A stretch of DNA of 59,874 nt from a virus (lineage: Duplodnaviria > Caudoviricetes), in the IMG/VR virus record IMGVR_UViG_3300025133_000113, positions 1-59,874 of that record; one strand, given 5' to 3'. A program made the translations under genes and the position numbers. Shown here piece by piece: positions 1 to 8,877 of this stretch (positions are counted from its first letter, which is position 1; each line of letters begins with the position of its first letter). The notes beneath the pieces are model-generated. The model searched no databases. It saw only the letters and a program-made list of their open reading frames with translations, and had not been told where the DNA came from.

Positions 1-168
1 GCTGTAATAGATAAGCATCAGGTTCAAGAGCTTTCTTATTATTGGCAGTTGGTTGATATGCTTCCTTGTGGTGAGGAAACTCTAACGTATTCCCAGAGGG
101 GTGCGGCTGAAGAGAAGAGGGTTAAGAAGGTAACGGAGTGGTTATTAATTTTTCAATACCAATCATGA
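1..168 (+). CDS. partial hypothetical protein (5' end outside window)
   Basis: Frame 1 is open from base 1 to TGA at 166-168, which overlaps the next ATG (ATGA coupling). Confidence 0.55.
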   Translation, partial: AVIDKHQVQELSYYWQLVDMLPCGEETLTYSQRGAAEEKRVKKVTEWLLIFQYQS

Positions 169-650
169 TAGACGGAGACGAAAATAAAGTAATACCTTAT
201 GAGATAGCTAAACTAGCCAAGGAAGCTGGTTTTGATGAAGGTGTCAGAGGCTCTTACATCGACCATCATGATGGTGCTGAGAATAACCGTGGGGAATCCA
301 TTGCTGGAACCGTTGGGTTGAATCTGTATGATTACATCATTAACTGTAAGATAGATTACTCCAATGAGTATTACACTTACTATGCTGCTCCGACCAGAGA
401 GATATTGAATAACTGGTTAATTGAAAAGCATCAGATATTTGTGGATGTGGTTACTGACCGCACTACTGCGCCTAAGTTTGCAACTGACGTAAATCGCTTT
501 GTGGGCAACCCTAAAGACTTATCTGAGAGAGAGTGGTACTGGGAGACCATAGAGCATGAGAGGTTTCTGTTCAGGAATCGTCTAGAGGCATGGGACAACG
601 GATTATATAGTGCCTTGACTAGTTTGATACCAGAAGAGAAGGAAGTATGA
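165..650 (+). CDS. hypothetical phage protein
   Basis: ORF 138..650 with start moved to the coupled ATG at 165; EIAKLAKEAGF...APT...WL.EKH pattern recalled from Bacteroidota phage proteins. Confidence 0.7.
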   Translation: MIDGDENKVIPYEIAKLAKEAGFDEGVRGSYIDHHDGAENNRGESIAGTVGLNLYDYIINCKIDYSNEYYTYYAAPTREILNNWLIEKHQIFVDVVTDRTTAPKFATDVNRFVGNPKDLSEREWYWETIEHERFLFRNRLEAWDNGLYSALTSLIPEEKEV

Positions 651-862
651 TTAAGTTCATAATCGGCATATACAATGACGCAAAGGATTTGTCACCATTA
701 CTGGTGGTAATCTGTTGTGTGGGTTCTTTTATTTTGGGTACCCATTCGTCACCAGAGGGAATTCCTTTGAGTGCTGGTATGATAGGTTTCACTATTGTAT
801 TCACAGGTTTTGCGGCAGTAGTATTGATAGTGAGTAACATAATAGATAATTGGAAAGAATGA
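647..862 (+). CDS. small membrane protein (2 TM)
   Basis: Two hydrophobic stretches; ATGA overlap with upstream gene. Confidence 0.7.
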   Translation: MIKFIIGIYNDAKDLSPLLVVICCVGSFILGTHSSPEGIPLSAGMIGFTIVFTGFAAVVLIVSNIIDNWKE

Positions 863-1107
863 GAGTATTATTGATTGTATTAATGGGGTTATTAACTGGT
901 TGTGTCGCTGAAGACTATTACGACTACGGACATATAACCGAAGTTAATCAGTATCTATCCAATAGATGCCTTTGCAAAATAACGGTTAGAACACATTACA
1001 CGATGAATACGGTCACCAAGATATGGATTGAGTGTCCATGTGAAAGTGTCGTGGGGCAGACATTAATGACTTACCCGATGGGTGAGGAACCAAAAGAGAG
1101 TTTATAG
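859..1107 (+). CDS. putative lipoprotein
   Basis: ATG at 859 gives MRVLLIVLMGLLTG-C, a signal peptide with lipobox. Confidence 0.65.
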   Translation: MRVLLIVLMGLLTGCVAEDYYDYGHITEVNQYLSNRCLCKITVRTHYTMNTVTKIWIECPCESVVGQTLMTYPMGEEPKESL

Positions 1108-1172
1108 TGAGTATATCAACATGGATTGTAATACTTCTATTTATTTACCTAATATTTAGAGACGATGACTAA
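1107..1172 (+). CDS. putative 21-aa membrane micropeptide (not in ORF track)
   Basis: GTG..TAA, MSISTWIVILLFIYLIFRDDD; fills the gap and overlaps both neighbours. Confidence 0.4.
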   Translation: MSISTWIVILLFIYLIFRDDD

Positions 1173-1392
1173 TATAAGACCGACAAGAGAAATGTTCGTT
1201 GGAGAGGAAGCAATCTTCGAAGGATTCGTGGTTGAGGAAGGAACTGGGCACATTGTGAATCCAGAGTTGGGTTTGACCGCATTTATTGCAGGTTCTCAGA
1301 CGGAAGGGTACTATAAGTGTATGTGGACGAGCGTTGAGAGTGTTGAGCGCAGCATTGCGTACCAGAAAGAGAGAAAGGGATTATCAGGATGA
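1165..1392 (+). CDS. hypothetical protein
   Basis: ORF in a tightly packed operon. Confidence 0.65.
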   Translation: MTNIRPTREMFVGEEAIFEGFVVEEGTGHIVNPELGLTAFIAGSQTEGYYKCMWTSVESVERSIAYQKERKGLSG

Positions 1393-1601
1393 ATACGGTA
1401 GTCGGCATAGGGATGATATTATCCATCTGTGTGGTAATAGCCAACTTTGTTGGTTTACGCCCAGATTGGGAAGCGCATCAGATGCAGAAGCCAGCACCAT
1501 GGGTAGAATGGTTATTATTTTTTTATTTAGGTGTTATGGGTTGTGGTTGGATATCTATAATTGGGATAACCATTAAGGTATTATTCTATACGACCTTTTA
1601 G
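1389..1601 (+). CDS. small membrane protein (2 TM)
   Basis: Two hydrophobic segments; ATGA coupling. Confidence 0.65.
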   Translation: MNTVVGIGMILSICVVIANFVGLRPDWEAHQMQKPAPWVEWLLFFYLGVMGCGWISIIGITIKVLFYTTF

Positions 1602-1627
1602 ACGACTTAGACAACAATTTAGACAAG

Positions 1628-1849
1628 ATGATGAATCCGTATAAGTTCATAGCAGCAATATTATTGGGAGTTTCTGCGATAGTAATCGTTGGATTTTTCG
1701 GTTGGCTATTAATATGGTTAGCTAAGGCGATATTATTTACAGCAACGGCTGTCATAATATTAGGGGTAATCATGTTACTTGCTGGTATGCTTGCTGCGGT
1801 TATAATGTCACCGTTCATATTATTTTACTGGTGGTTAACTGACGATTAA
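1628..1849 (+). CDS. highly hydrophobic membrane protein
   Basis: Almost entirely apolar 73 aa. Confidence 0.7.
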   Translation: MMNPYKFIAAILLGVSAIVIVGFFGWLLIWLAKAILFTATAVIILGVIMLLAGMLAAVIMSPFILFYWWLTDD

Positions 1850-1868
1850 TATAAAAACAAGATAGATT

Positions 1869-2237
1869 ATGGATTTAATGAGTAGAGGTGACTTTCTGAG
1901 ACGAAAGGGGGTGGACATTGCAACGGCAGTGGAGTATGACCAGTTTATGGATTGGGTACCAACGTTGGGTATGTTTGTTCAATGCAAGAATGAAAATGAA
2001 CCTTTAATTAAGGGTTTATGTACGGAAGAGGAATGGGAGACAGCCAGTCAACTATTGGTGTTCAAGGATTTCGATTTGGATGATTATGGTGATGGTTTCG
2101 CAGCCGTCACCAACGGCAGTTGTTATTTAATATTCCAAGGAATCAATATCACAGATGAGAGTGATGGTATGAGTTTGAATGTGCGTTGGATTGAGGATTT
2201 GGTCGAGCATGAATTGGGATTAACACATCCTTGGTGA
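1869..2237 (+). CDS. hypothetical phage protein
   Basis: TLGMFV.C...F..F pattern recalled from Flavobacteriaceae phage proteins. Confidence 0.7.
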   Translation: MDLMSRGDFLRRKGVDIATAVEYDQFMDWVPTLGMFVQCKNENEPLIKGLCTEEEWETASQLLVFKDFDLDDYGDGFAAVTNGSCYLIFQGINITDESDGMSLNVRWIEDLVEHELGLTHPW

Positions 2238-2243
2238 AATAAA

Positions 2244-2275
2244 TTTGGTATTGTAAATAATAATTAGTATATTTG
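2244..2275 (+). promoter_or_regulatory. Bacteroidota sigma70-type promoter
   Basis: TTTG (2244) - 20 nt - TATATTTG (2268); ATG 4 nt downstream. Confidence 0.8.
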
Positions 2276-2279
2276 TAAA

Positions 2280-2492
2280 ATGGATATAGGAAAAGGGGTA
2301 GCAGACGCATTTAAAGTTTTATTTGTAGGGACTATAATCGGTATACTTTGCACGTTAGGGTTTGGTGGGTTAGCACTGTTTGATTACTTCACTGACGATG
2401 TATATGAGGTGAAGGGGTTGGTGGTTCCAGATATACACGTAACAACAGTTAATGGTGTTTCGGATACGACATATGTATATACTTTTGAATAA
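2280..2492 (+). CDS. small single-TM protein
   Basis: Hydrophobic segment; directly follows promoter. Confidence 0.7.
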   Translation: MDIGKGVADAFKVLFVGTIIGILCTLGFGGLALFDYFTDDVYEVKGLVVPDIHVTTVNGVSDTTYVYTFE

Positions 2493-2689
2493 TGTTTAAC
2501 GTAGCACTTTATTTCGCAGACATGGTAGCAGATTTTTTTAGAGCCGCATTTAAGTATATTATACTTACGTTATGTGGGGTAGCTTTGATGATATTTCTTC
2601 TTGTAATGTTCACAGATGGTAAATGCACTGAGTGCGAAGAACGAGAAGCAATAGAGAAGATTGATGAACAAACTAACCTTATACATTGA
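2492..2689 (+). CDS. small single-TM protein with CxxC
   Basis: TAATG coupling; hydrophobic helix then CTEC. Confidence 0.65.
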   Translation: MFNVALYFADMVADFFRAAFKYIILTLCGVALMIFLLVMFTDGKCTECEEREAIEKIDEQTNLIH

Positions 2690-2873
2690 CAGAGTGCATA
2701 AAACCGTTATTGGATTAGGAGCATTGGGTATGGTCATGGGTTTCATTGGGTATTACAATGAATTACCTTTGGACAGTGCATGGTTTGGTTTAACCAAATT
2801 GGTAGTGTTCACATCTGGGGTATTAGTTTTAGTATTATTAGTATTAATGGGTATTCAAGCATATAAGAAATGA
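2664..2873 (+). CDS. small membrane protein (2 TM)
   Basis: Two hydrophobic segments; ATG at 2664. Confidence 0.65.
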   Translation: MNKLTLYIDRVHKTVIGLGALGMVMGFIGYYNELPLDSAWFGLTKLVVFTSGVLVLVLLVLMGIQAYKK

Positions 2874-3175
2874 ATAAAATAGACGAAGTAAGAGCAGACA
2901 TTGAAAAAAAGAAAGCAGAGTTGGCACGATTGGAAGCCATGGCTAAGGATGGTGATAGAGATGAAGCCATAAAGCACCTACATGAATTCTCTGTAACGGA
3001 GAAGGTAGAGTTCTTCAATAACACATATCTGGAAGCTTTAAACACCCTATTAGCAATGGAGAAAGGTGTTTACCATGAGGATAATGACAATGCCACTTAT
3101 ATGTGGGAGACCGTCTTTGATTTGTTGGCTAAGGATAAGCGTAAGTTTGATAAATACATAAACTCTCTGGACTGA
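2870..3175 (+). CDS. hypothetical protein
   Basis: Coupled ORF with N-terminal coiled-coil character. Confidence 0.7.
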   Translation: MNKIDEVRADIEKKKAELARLEAMAKDGDRDEAIKHLHEFSVTEKVEFFNNTYLEALNTLLAMEKGVYHEDNDNATYMWETVFDLLAKDKRKFDKYINSLD

Positions 3176-3360
3176 TGAAAAAATACAGATTAAGAATTTT
3201 ATACATGGGTGGTACAATTTCGTACTACAACCACAACGTTCTCGCTAAGGAATTTGATATTAGTGATGGAGCTTACGTATTCTATGATGAGGTAAATGAA
3301 TTAGTATTTGCTTCTCCCGTAAAGGTAACAGTAATTGAGAATATTAAGAAATTAGATTGA
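3175..3360 (+). CDS. hypothetical protein
   Basis: TGATG coupling. Confidence 0.65.
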   Translation: MKKYRLRILYMGGTISYYNHNVLAKEFDISDGAYVFYDEVNELVFASPVKVTVIENIKKLD

Positions 3361-3644
3361 ACGATAAGATATCTAAAATAGAGCTTATTGAGTTTGTAAA
3401 GCAGTTCGCCAAGAAATATGGGTTTGATGCGTCTGTATTCGCCAATGAATTAGAAGATTGGCAGAGTACCCCTAAACATTTCATCAAGATTAAACGTATG
3501 GGGTTAACGGTTGGTACCATTGACATCAAAGGTGCTGAGGCACCCAATCAGCGTGAGGCAACTATGCTTGTTTACAAAACATTTCCAGAGTTTGATGATA
3601 GGATTGATACGTTTGAATACTATACTCATTCACAAGACATTTGA
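3357..3644 (+). CDS. hypothetical protein
   Basis: TTG start overlapping the upstream stop. Confidence 0.6.
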   Translation: MNDKISKIELIEFVKQFAKKYGFDASVFANELEDWQSTPKHFIKIKRMGLTVGTIDIKGAEAPNQREATMLVYKTFPEFDDRIDTFEYYTHSQDI

Positions 3645-3662
3645 ATTAATAACAGGTTAATT

Positions 3663-3827
3663 ATGTGGGGATACACAATAGAAAGATGGGTTACGGATGC
3701 TGATGGTAACATTATAGGGGTTGATATGACCTGTGATAATGGAGATAGGCAGTATTTGACAATGGAAGAATATGTTAAATTTACAAACAGTAGAGATGAG
3801 CGAAAAGAGTGTAAAAAGGAAGGTTAA
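3663..3827 (+). CDS. 54-aa hypothetical protein (not in ORF track)
   Basis: MWGYTIERWVTDADGNIIGVDMTCDNGDRQYLTMEEYVKF...KKEG fills the gap 3645-3795. Confidence 0.6.
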   Translation: MWGYTIERWVTDADGNIIGVDMTCDNGDRQYLTMEEYVKFTNSRDERKECKKEG

Positions 3828-5100
3828 GTATACCAAATTAGGTTCACATAATTCAGTTGAATTAGATGAGCTACTAAAGGATTACAAAGAAAGCCCACAG
3901 AAAGCTAGAATCAAGCTTCTGATGAGGCAAACCACCAACAAGGCAGAGTCCACACGTATTGTGGTATTCCACAAGAACAAGAAGGATTGGTCTATTGTTT
4001 CCTACATCAAAAGGTGGGGTGTAAGTAAGACCAACAAATTATACTCGCATGAGAGGCTTAATTGTCGATTAACCTTCAACAGCAAGGGTCTATGGTTGGT
4101 GCGACCCAAGGGTAAGGTTAAATCCTTTGCCATGAATGATTTATACCAATTCAATGAGGGGTTATATGATGGTGCTAATCTGGTTCAGGACGAGTTAATT
4201 AAACGTCTTCCGTTCATGGAGTTATTCACAAACCCATATTATCGTTACATTCTATTCTCAACCATACGGAACAAGAAGTTATACAACCTGAAACGGGTTG
4301 TGAGGCATGTATATTGCATATCATATACTACTTTGAAGCGAATTCAGGAAGATTTGCCAGATAGGATTAATGGTATACAGGACCCACTGGATTGGCTTAA
4401 ACCTAACATTCAATTCTTAAAGAACGTTGATAACATCAAGAGTGAGTGGGTGGATAAGAAAAAGGAGTTGCAGACGTTCAATGATGCGATGCGACTTGCC
4501 AAGGTATTGAACAAGCAGATTAATTGTTCTTGGAGTACCAGACGATTGAATGATGAGCACGTAAGGTGGTCTAATGAGATTGCTGAAGTTCTATACAAGG
4601 GTGACCAAACACCATTGAAAATAAATGAGATTTATACTCAGTTTGCTAAGGCGTCTGGTTATGAGATTGCTACGACAAGTGACCAATTATTCGTATTGGG
4701 TATGGTGCAACGTCATTGTGTTGCCACATACACACCACAAGTTAATAATGGTACATGTGCCATTTATAATATCGATGGTGCTTGTTTGGAATTGGGTAAG
4801 GAGTATAAAAAGATTAATAAGGATAGCGTACTTCAGCTTACATTGCGACAATACAGAGGATACAAGAATGGACTGGTTAGTCCTGAAGCTAACGATAAGG
4901 TGGTAGCCGCAATAACAGCCTTTAACGAGAGTATTATACCCAATGGTAAGGGTTTAAGCTCATATCAGAAGTTCTTAGCTAAGGTATTTGGTAGTAAGGA
5001 TAAGGTTATCCTTGATATTAAGAAGGGGATTGGTAAGGCTAGTTCACTTAGTCCATCATTGATTGTGGAAGACTTACCAGAGGACGACTTACCGTTTTAA
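3796..5100 (+). CDS. PcfJ-like domain protein with SSB-type DDLPF tail
   Basis: LGMVQRHCVATY...LRQYRGYKN motif near the C-terminus; ends PEDDLPF; likely start at ATG 3796. Confidence 0.7.
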   Translation: MSEKSVKRKVKYTKLGSHNSVELDELLKDYKESPQKARIKLLMRQTTNKAESTRIVVFHKNKKDWSIVSYIKRWGVSKTNKLYSHERLNCRLTFNSKGLWLVRPKGKVKSFAMNDLYQFNEGLYDGANLVQDELIKRLPFMELFTNPYYRYILFSTIRNKKLYNLKRVVRHVYCISYTTLKRIQEDLPDRINGIQDPLDWLKPNIQFLKNVDNIKSEWVDKKKELQTFNDAMRLAKVLNKQINCSWSTRRLNDEHVRWSNEIAEVLYKGDQTPLKINEIYTQFAKASGYEIATTSDQLFVLGMVQRHCVATYTPQVNNGTCAIYNIDGACLELGKEYKKINKDSVLQLTLRQYRGYKNGLVSPEANDKVVAAITAFNESIIPNGKGLSSYQKFLAKVFGSKDKVILDIKKGIGKASSLSPSLIVEDLPEDDLPF

Positions 5101-5495
5101 TCTATTAATTCCTCAGCGTGTTCATCAGCCGCATTAACCACAACAACTGTTGGTGGTGGGGTTGCTTGAACGGTTGCTGGTCTATTCGTTGTGTTAATAG
5201 CTTGTCTTGATTTTGTTCGTTCGTACAGCACTTCAATTTTAGTATCCTGAGAATAGTTCTTAGTCGTATTAGGTTTAACCTCTTCCTTCTTAAGTTCGTT
5301 CAGTTTACTCATTATTTCGACTTTATCTGACTTACGATTAGCTTCAGTCTTAGTGAATAGACCATATGAGGTACCAAGTATTGATGAGATACCGAAAATC
5401 AATAATCCAATGATATACTTACCCAGTTTCATACTTAGGTTGATATTCCCTTTATCGCTGACGATATTCTCAGCTACGTTTACGTTCTTGTCCAT
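5097..5495 (-). CDS. single-TM protein, late-promoter operon
   Basis: One hydrophobic helix followed by a charged segment. Confidence 0.65.
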   Translation of the reverse strand: MDKNVNVAENIVSDKGNINLSMKLGKYIIGLLIFGISSILGTSYGLFTKTEANRKSDKVEIMSKLNELKKEEVKPNTTKNYSQDTKIEVLYERTKSRQAINTTNRPATVQATPPPTVVVVNAADEHAEELID

Positions 5496-5497
5496 AA

Positions 5498-5956
5498 TTA
5501 ATATCTTGAATAATCAAATGGGCTACAAGCCTCAAATGTTAATTGAAAGTTATTCTGTCGGCTATGCGACCAGAAGTGGGCAACGGGTCTCCCCAAGGCA
5601 TAATCAGCCGTTGCGACTGCCACTGGTACTTGTACCGTATTATATATTCTACCGTCTCTACCATCAACTTCATGCATAACCACAAGAAGGTTTCTGATAT
5701 AGGTTATCGCTTTATCGTTATGAACACCGTCACGTTTGGTCTGGAAATATGAATTGGAATACAGATATACTTGATAGATATACATCTTACCATTCCATTG
5801 TTGTGTTACCGACCAGTAGAAGGACCCCCATTCATTTGGGTTCTCTATTTTCCAGTCAATATAATTTCTGCTTCGTTGCTGGTTTTGATAGGATTGTCCT
5901 GTCACAGTACCAATACCCAATAACAAGAACCCCAATAGTAGAATAAAACGCTTCAT
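5498..5956 (-). CDS. secreted protein with signal peptide
   Basis: MKRFILLLGFLLLGIGTVTG-Q; Gln at +1 is typical of Bacteroidota secreted proteins; late motif upstream. Confidence 0.7.
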   Translation of the reverse strand: MKRFILLLGFLLLGIGTVTGQSYQNQQRSRNYIDWKIENPNEWGSFYWSVTQQWNGKMYIYQVYLYSNSYFQTKRDGVHNDKAITYIRNLLVVMHEVDGRDGRIYNTVQVPVAVATADYALGRPVAHFWSHSRQNNFQLTFEACSPFDYSRY

Positions 5957-5971
5957 GATGTCATCTTTTTC

Positions 5972-6011
5972 TATAAATATTTGGTAGTCTGAATAAAATT
6001 ACTTATATTTG
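5972..6011. promoter_or_regulatory. overlapping divergent promoters (late motif on -, host-type on +)
   Basis: ATATTTAT on - at 5973-5980; TTTG (5980)-N20-TATATTTG (6004) on +. Confidence 0.7.
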
Positions 6012-6015
6012 TCAG

Positions 6016-6240
6016 ATGATAGTAAAATTGCAAGTAATTAGTTCACCACATATCGCTAGTGGTCAAATGGCTGAGGATTTCGAAAAAGTCGGCAAACTTA
6101 TACACATAGGTAAGGTTGGTTCACGAAGTATGGGTATTGTGATGGAAAATTTCAGTACCACACCAATCGTTAAGCGGGAAGGTAATGTGTTTACCACAGG
6201 TACGGGTAGTGTTTATAGATTAACGAAAATAGAAGAATAA
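6016..6240 (+). CDS. hypothetical protein
   Basis: ATG 4 nt after promoter; F.T.TGSVY.L motif. Confidence 0.7.
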   Translation: MIVKLQVISSPHIASGQMAEDFEKVGKLIHIGKVGSRSMGIVMENFSTTPIVKREGNVFTTGTGSVYRLTKIEE

Positions 6241-6241
6241 G

Positions 6242-6631
6242 ATGGCAACAGCATTAAGCAAAGACGTTACAAGAGAGTCAACCGTTGAACATGATGGTAG
6301 GCTTATCAACATTACCATAACGGCAGACCAGAAGGTCAGAATGAAGCCGAAGGGTATGAAAACAACTGGCGAAGTTGAGATTGGAATCTTAGAACTTTAC
6401 CACCAATTATGTGGGTGTGAAGGTGAGACTACATCTGAGGAAACTAAACCAAGTGGGGCAGTATCTTACTCCCGAAAGGAACCGAGTAAGTACCAACAAC
6501 CTCCTAATCACATGATAGAATCTGTACTTCATGACATCAGAAGTCAGAGTGCGATTGCGGGGTTGGACATGCCAACTATGGCTAAGTTCGACCAGATTAT
6601 AGTCAACTTAATATCGGCATATAAATCATGA
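6242..6631 (+). CDS. hypothetical protein
   Basis: ORF ends at a terminator. Confidence 0.7.
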   Translation: MATALSKDVTRESTVEHDGRLINITITADQKVRMKPKGMKTTGEVEIGILELYHQLCGCEGETTSEETKPSGAVSYSRKEPSKYQQPPNHMIESVLHDIRSQSAIAGLDMPTMAKFDQIIVNLISAYKS

Positions 6632-6661
6632 AAAAAGGTGAGCCTATAGGCTCACCTTTTT
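6632..6661. terminator. bidirectional intrinsic terminator
   Basis: Perfect palindrome AAAAAGGTGAGCC-TATA-GGCTCACCTTTTT between convergent genes. Confidence 0.9.
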
Positions 6662-6681
6662 AACTTGATATTTGGGTTAAC

Positions 6682-7431
6682 TTACGCTGTATCACCAGAC
6701 ATTGCTGGGTCTGAAACGCACATACATGGTTCCATCATACATACAGGACAAGCGTTACTAACGTATTCCGATTTATCATCTTCTGATAATGAATTATCAG
6801 ATGCTTCCATTGCTGGGTCATTGTAGTCTATTTGAGTTTGTGCAGGGTCAACATACTCTTCTTCAGTTGCCGCTACTGCTTCTGCCCTTTCTTCTGCTTC
6901 TGCCATTTCTTCAGCCTCTGTCATTTCTTCAACTTCGGTTGCGGCTACAGCTTCTGCTCTTTCTTGTATCTCAGCCATTTCCTCATTGTGGTATTCTTGT
7001 CCACCGCACATACAAGGGTCTTGACCACAGTTTCCACATTTCCATTCACCTTCTGGTTGACACATACAAGGGTTATTACCGCATGACGGGCATGACCATT
7101 GTTCTTGGTTATTATTGCACATACAAGGGTCTTGACCACAGTTTCCACATCCATAATGATTTTCTTCGTGGTGGTATTCTTCCTTATAACTTGGTTTAGG
7201 GTTAATGCTGAACAGGTTACCCAAGCTAATACTTGGTAGGTTAAGGTTGATTTCAAATCCGCCACCCATTTGCTCCTGAATCATTTCATAAGCCTTAATT
7301 TCAGCGATAAGCATGAGGGCATCCCCAAACACATCTTTTTGGTCTTCGGGCATGTTTTCGAAGAAACCACCAGGTCCCAATAAAATCTTACCGTACTCGT
7401 CTAATTGTCGTTTTTTTTGTTCTATATCCAT
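6682..7431 (-). CDS. acidic Cys-rich repeat protein (4x CxxCxxxPCMC)
   Basis: CGNCGQDPCMC x2, CPSCGNNPCMC, CPVCMMEPCMC; EEMAEA repeats; late motif at 7451-7458. Confidence 0.8.
   Translation of the reverse strand: MDIEQKKRQLDEYGKILLGPGGFFENMPEDQKDVFGDALMLIAEIKAYEMIQEQMGGGFEINLNLPSISLGNLFSINPKPSYKEEYHHEENHYGCGNCGQDPCMCNNNQEQWSCPSCGNNPCMCQPEGEWKCGNCGQDPCMCGGQEYHNEEMAEIQERAEAVAATEVEEMTEAEEMAEAEERAEAVAATEEEYVDPAQTQIDYNDPAMEASDNSLSEDDKSEYVSNACPVCMMEPCMCVSDPAMSGDTA
7006..7150. repeat. 34-nt exact direct repeat in the Cys-rich gene
   Basis: GCACATACAAGGGTCTTGACCACAGTTTCCACAT at 7006-7039 and 7117-7150. Confidence 0.9.
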
Positions 7432-7457
7432 AGTTTTTTTAGGTTTGATAATAAATA

Positions 7458-7919
7458 TCAGTCTACGGTGCGAACTATGAATTTATCTTGAAACTTTTTA
7501 CGTGGAATCAGGTACCCTTTGGTGTTACTTCCTTGGTCTCCAGAGTGTTCCGAGATAAAGAACTCATTTTGGGTTATCAAATATTTTAGGTGTTCGGTTT
7601 TAATGTACCAGATTTCCTTAAGATATTTGTAGTGCATAACGAACCAATCGGCTTCTGTGACGGTAATTCCAGAGGGTTTACCTCTTGAGAAGAATTCTAT
7701 GAACATATTACCAGTATCGTTATTATACAATCTGGTACAGAATACGTCCGTTTTAATCTCGTAGGTAACTTGTTTACCATCTTTCTCCATAATAACATCG
7801 TACCTAAAGTCTTTATTATCTGAAATGAATTTGATGCCAAACTTTTTAAGGTCTTCCACCACTACTTGTTCACCTTGTTCACCAATATGAATATCCTCAT
7901 TGAAATTATAGTTTGCCAT
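7458..7919 (-). CDS. PD-(D/E)xK-family nuclease-like protein
   Basis: GE..V...YD...YEIKTD...TGNMFIE...ADW; host-type promoter TATACTTG at 7924-7931. Confidence 0.7.
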   Translation of the reverse strand: MANYNFNEDIHIGEQGEQVVVEDLKKFGIKFISDNKDFRYDVIMEKDGKQVTYEIKTDVFCTRLYNNDTGNMFIEFFSRGKPSGITVTEADWFVMHYKYLKEIWYIKTEHLKYLITQNEFFISEHSGDQGSNTKGYLIPRKKFQDKFIVRTVD

Positions 7920-7958
7920 ACTACAAGTATACGTATAATCTTTTAGAATGTCCAGTAA

Positions 7959-8372
7959 TTATTTGGATTCGAAAATGTTTGGATTATCCTTGCCGTAATC
8001 TCTCATTATGATACCAGCAAGAGCATTAGCTTCGTTTTCGATATCTGAACCAGTGGCACCTTCGGCATTACTATCTGTTAGTTTACCGTTTTGTTGTTGT
8101 TGGTGATGAACCAATTCATGCGCCAGACTTCTCATTATATCCCCCAAACTACGATTTTTCACATAGACGAGAATTTCATCATTTACCATATCGTGATGAG
8201 CGTAGGTATCTGTTTTAGTTTTATCGTTGGTTAGTTGTATTTTAGGTACCTTAGATAACTTTAAGTACTCTTGGCACCATTTAACAAAGGTCTTTATGGA
8301 ATTGATTCTAGAGTCAGATGCTTCTTCATTCAATTTTCCTCTCAAATTATGTTTAATTCGATTTACGCTCAT
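7959..8372 (-). CDS. HExxH zinc metallopeptidase-like protein
   Basis: SLAHELVHHQQ...ENEANALAG; late motif 4 nt upstream of ATG. Confidence 0.75.
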   Translation of the reverse strand: MSVNRIKHNLRGKLNEEASDSRINSIKTFVKWCQEYLKLSKVPKIQLTNDKTKTDTYAHHDMVNDEILVYVKNRSLGDIMRSLAHELVHHQQQQNGKLTDSNAEGATGSDIENEANALAGIIMRDYGKDNPNIFESK

Positions 8373-8394
8373 AATTATAAATATAGATACAACT

Positions 8395-8838
8395 ATGAAG
8401 AAGAGAGTTATAATGACCGAGGGTCAAGTTAGCTGGTTACGATTACTAGCCGAGAGTTCTAACGCATTAGAACCTATAGAGTGGAAGATGAGTGAACTCA
8501 ACCGAAAGATTAAGAGTATATGGGATAAGGTGAGTTTTATCAGTGTAGCTGATTTACCTAAAGAAGTTAAAGAATTGAAGCGGTACTACGAAATATTAGA
8601 TAAATATGAAAAGGAATATTATGTTATTGGGGATGAGATTGAGGTCATATTAAAACAAGTTGAAGCTGCTAAGGGTTATGATGCTATGTCCGATTTGGAC
8701 AGTTACCTTGACGATAAGATGTGGGTGATAAATGAAAAGAGAGAGAAAGTGGCTGATGTGGTTCAGTCATTAATAAGTGCCGCTAAAATAAATCCAGCCA
8801 CTTCATTTCCAAAGGATACCCCAAAAGAGATAGGTTAA
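8395..8838 (+). CDS. helical hypothetical protein, possible internal head protein
   Basis: Start moved to ATG 8395 (MKKRVIMTEGQ). Confidence 0.65.
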   Translation: MKKRVIMTEGQVSWLRLLAESSNALEPIEWKMSELNRKIKSIWDKVSFISVADLPKEVKELKRYYEILDKYEKEYYVIGDEIEVILKQVEAAKGYDAMSDLDSYLDDKMWVINEKREKVADVVQSLISAAKINPATSFPKDTPKEIG

Positions 8839-8840
8839 AG

Positions 8841-8872
8841 TTTGCAATTCTCGATTAAATTCGCTATCTTTG
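8841..8872 (+). promoter_or_regulatory. Bacteroidota sigma70-type promoter
   Basis: TTTG-N20-TATCTTTG; ATG 5 nt downstream. Confidence 0.8.
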
Positions 8873-8877
8873 TCTAT

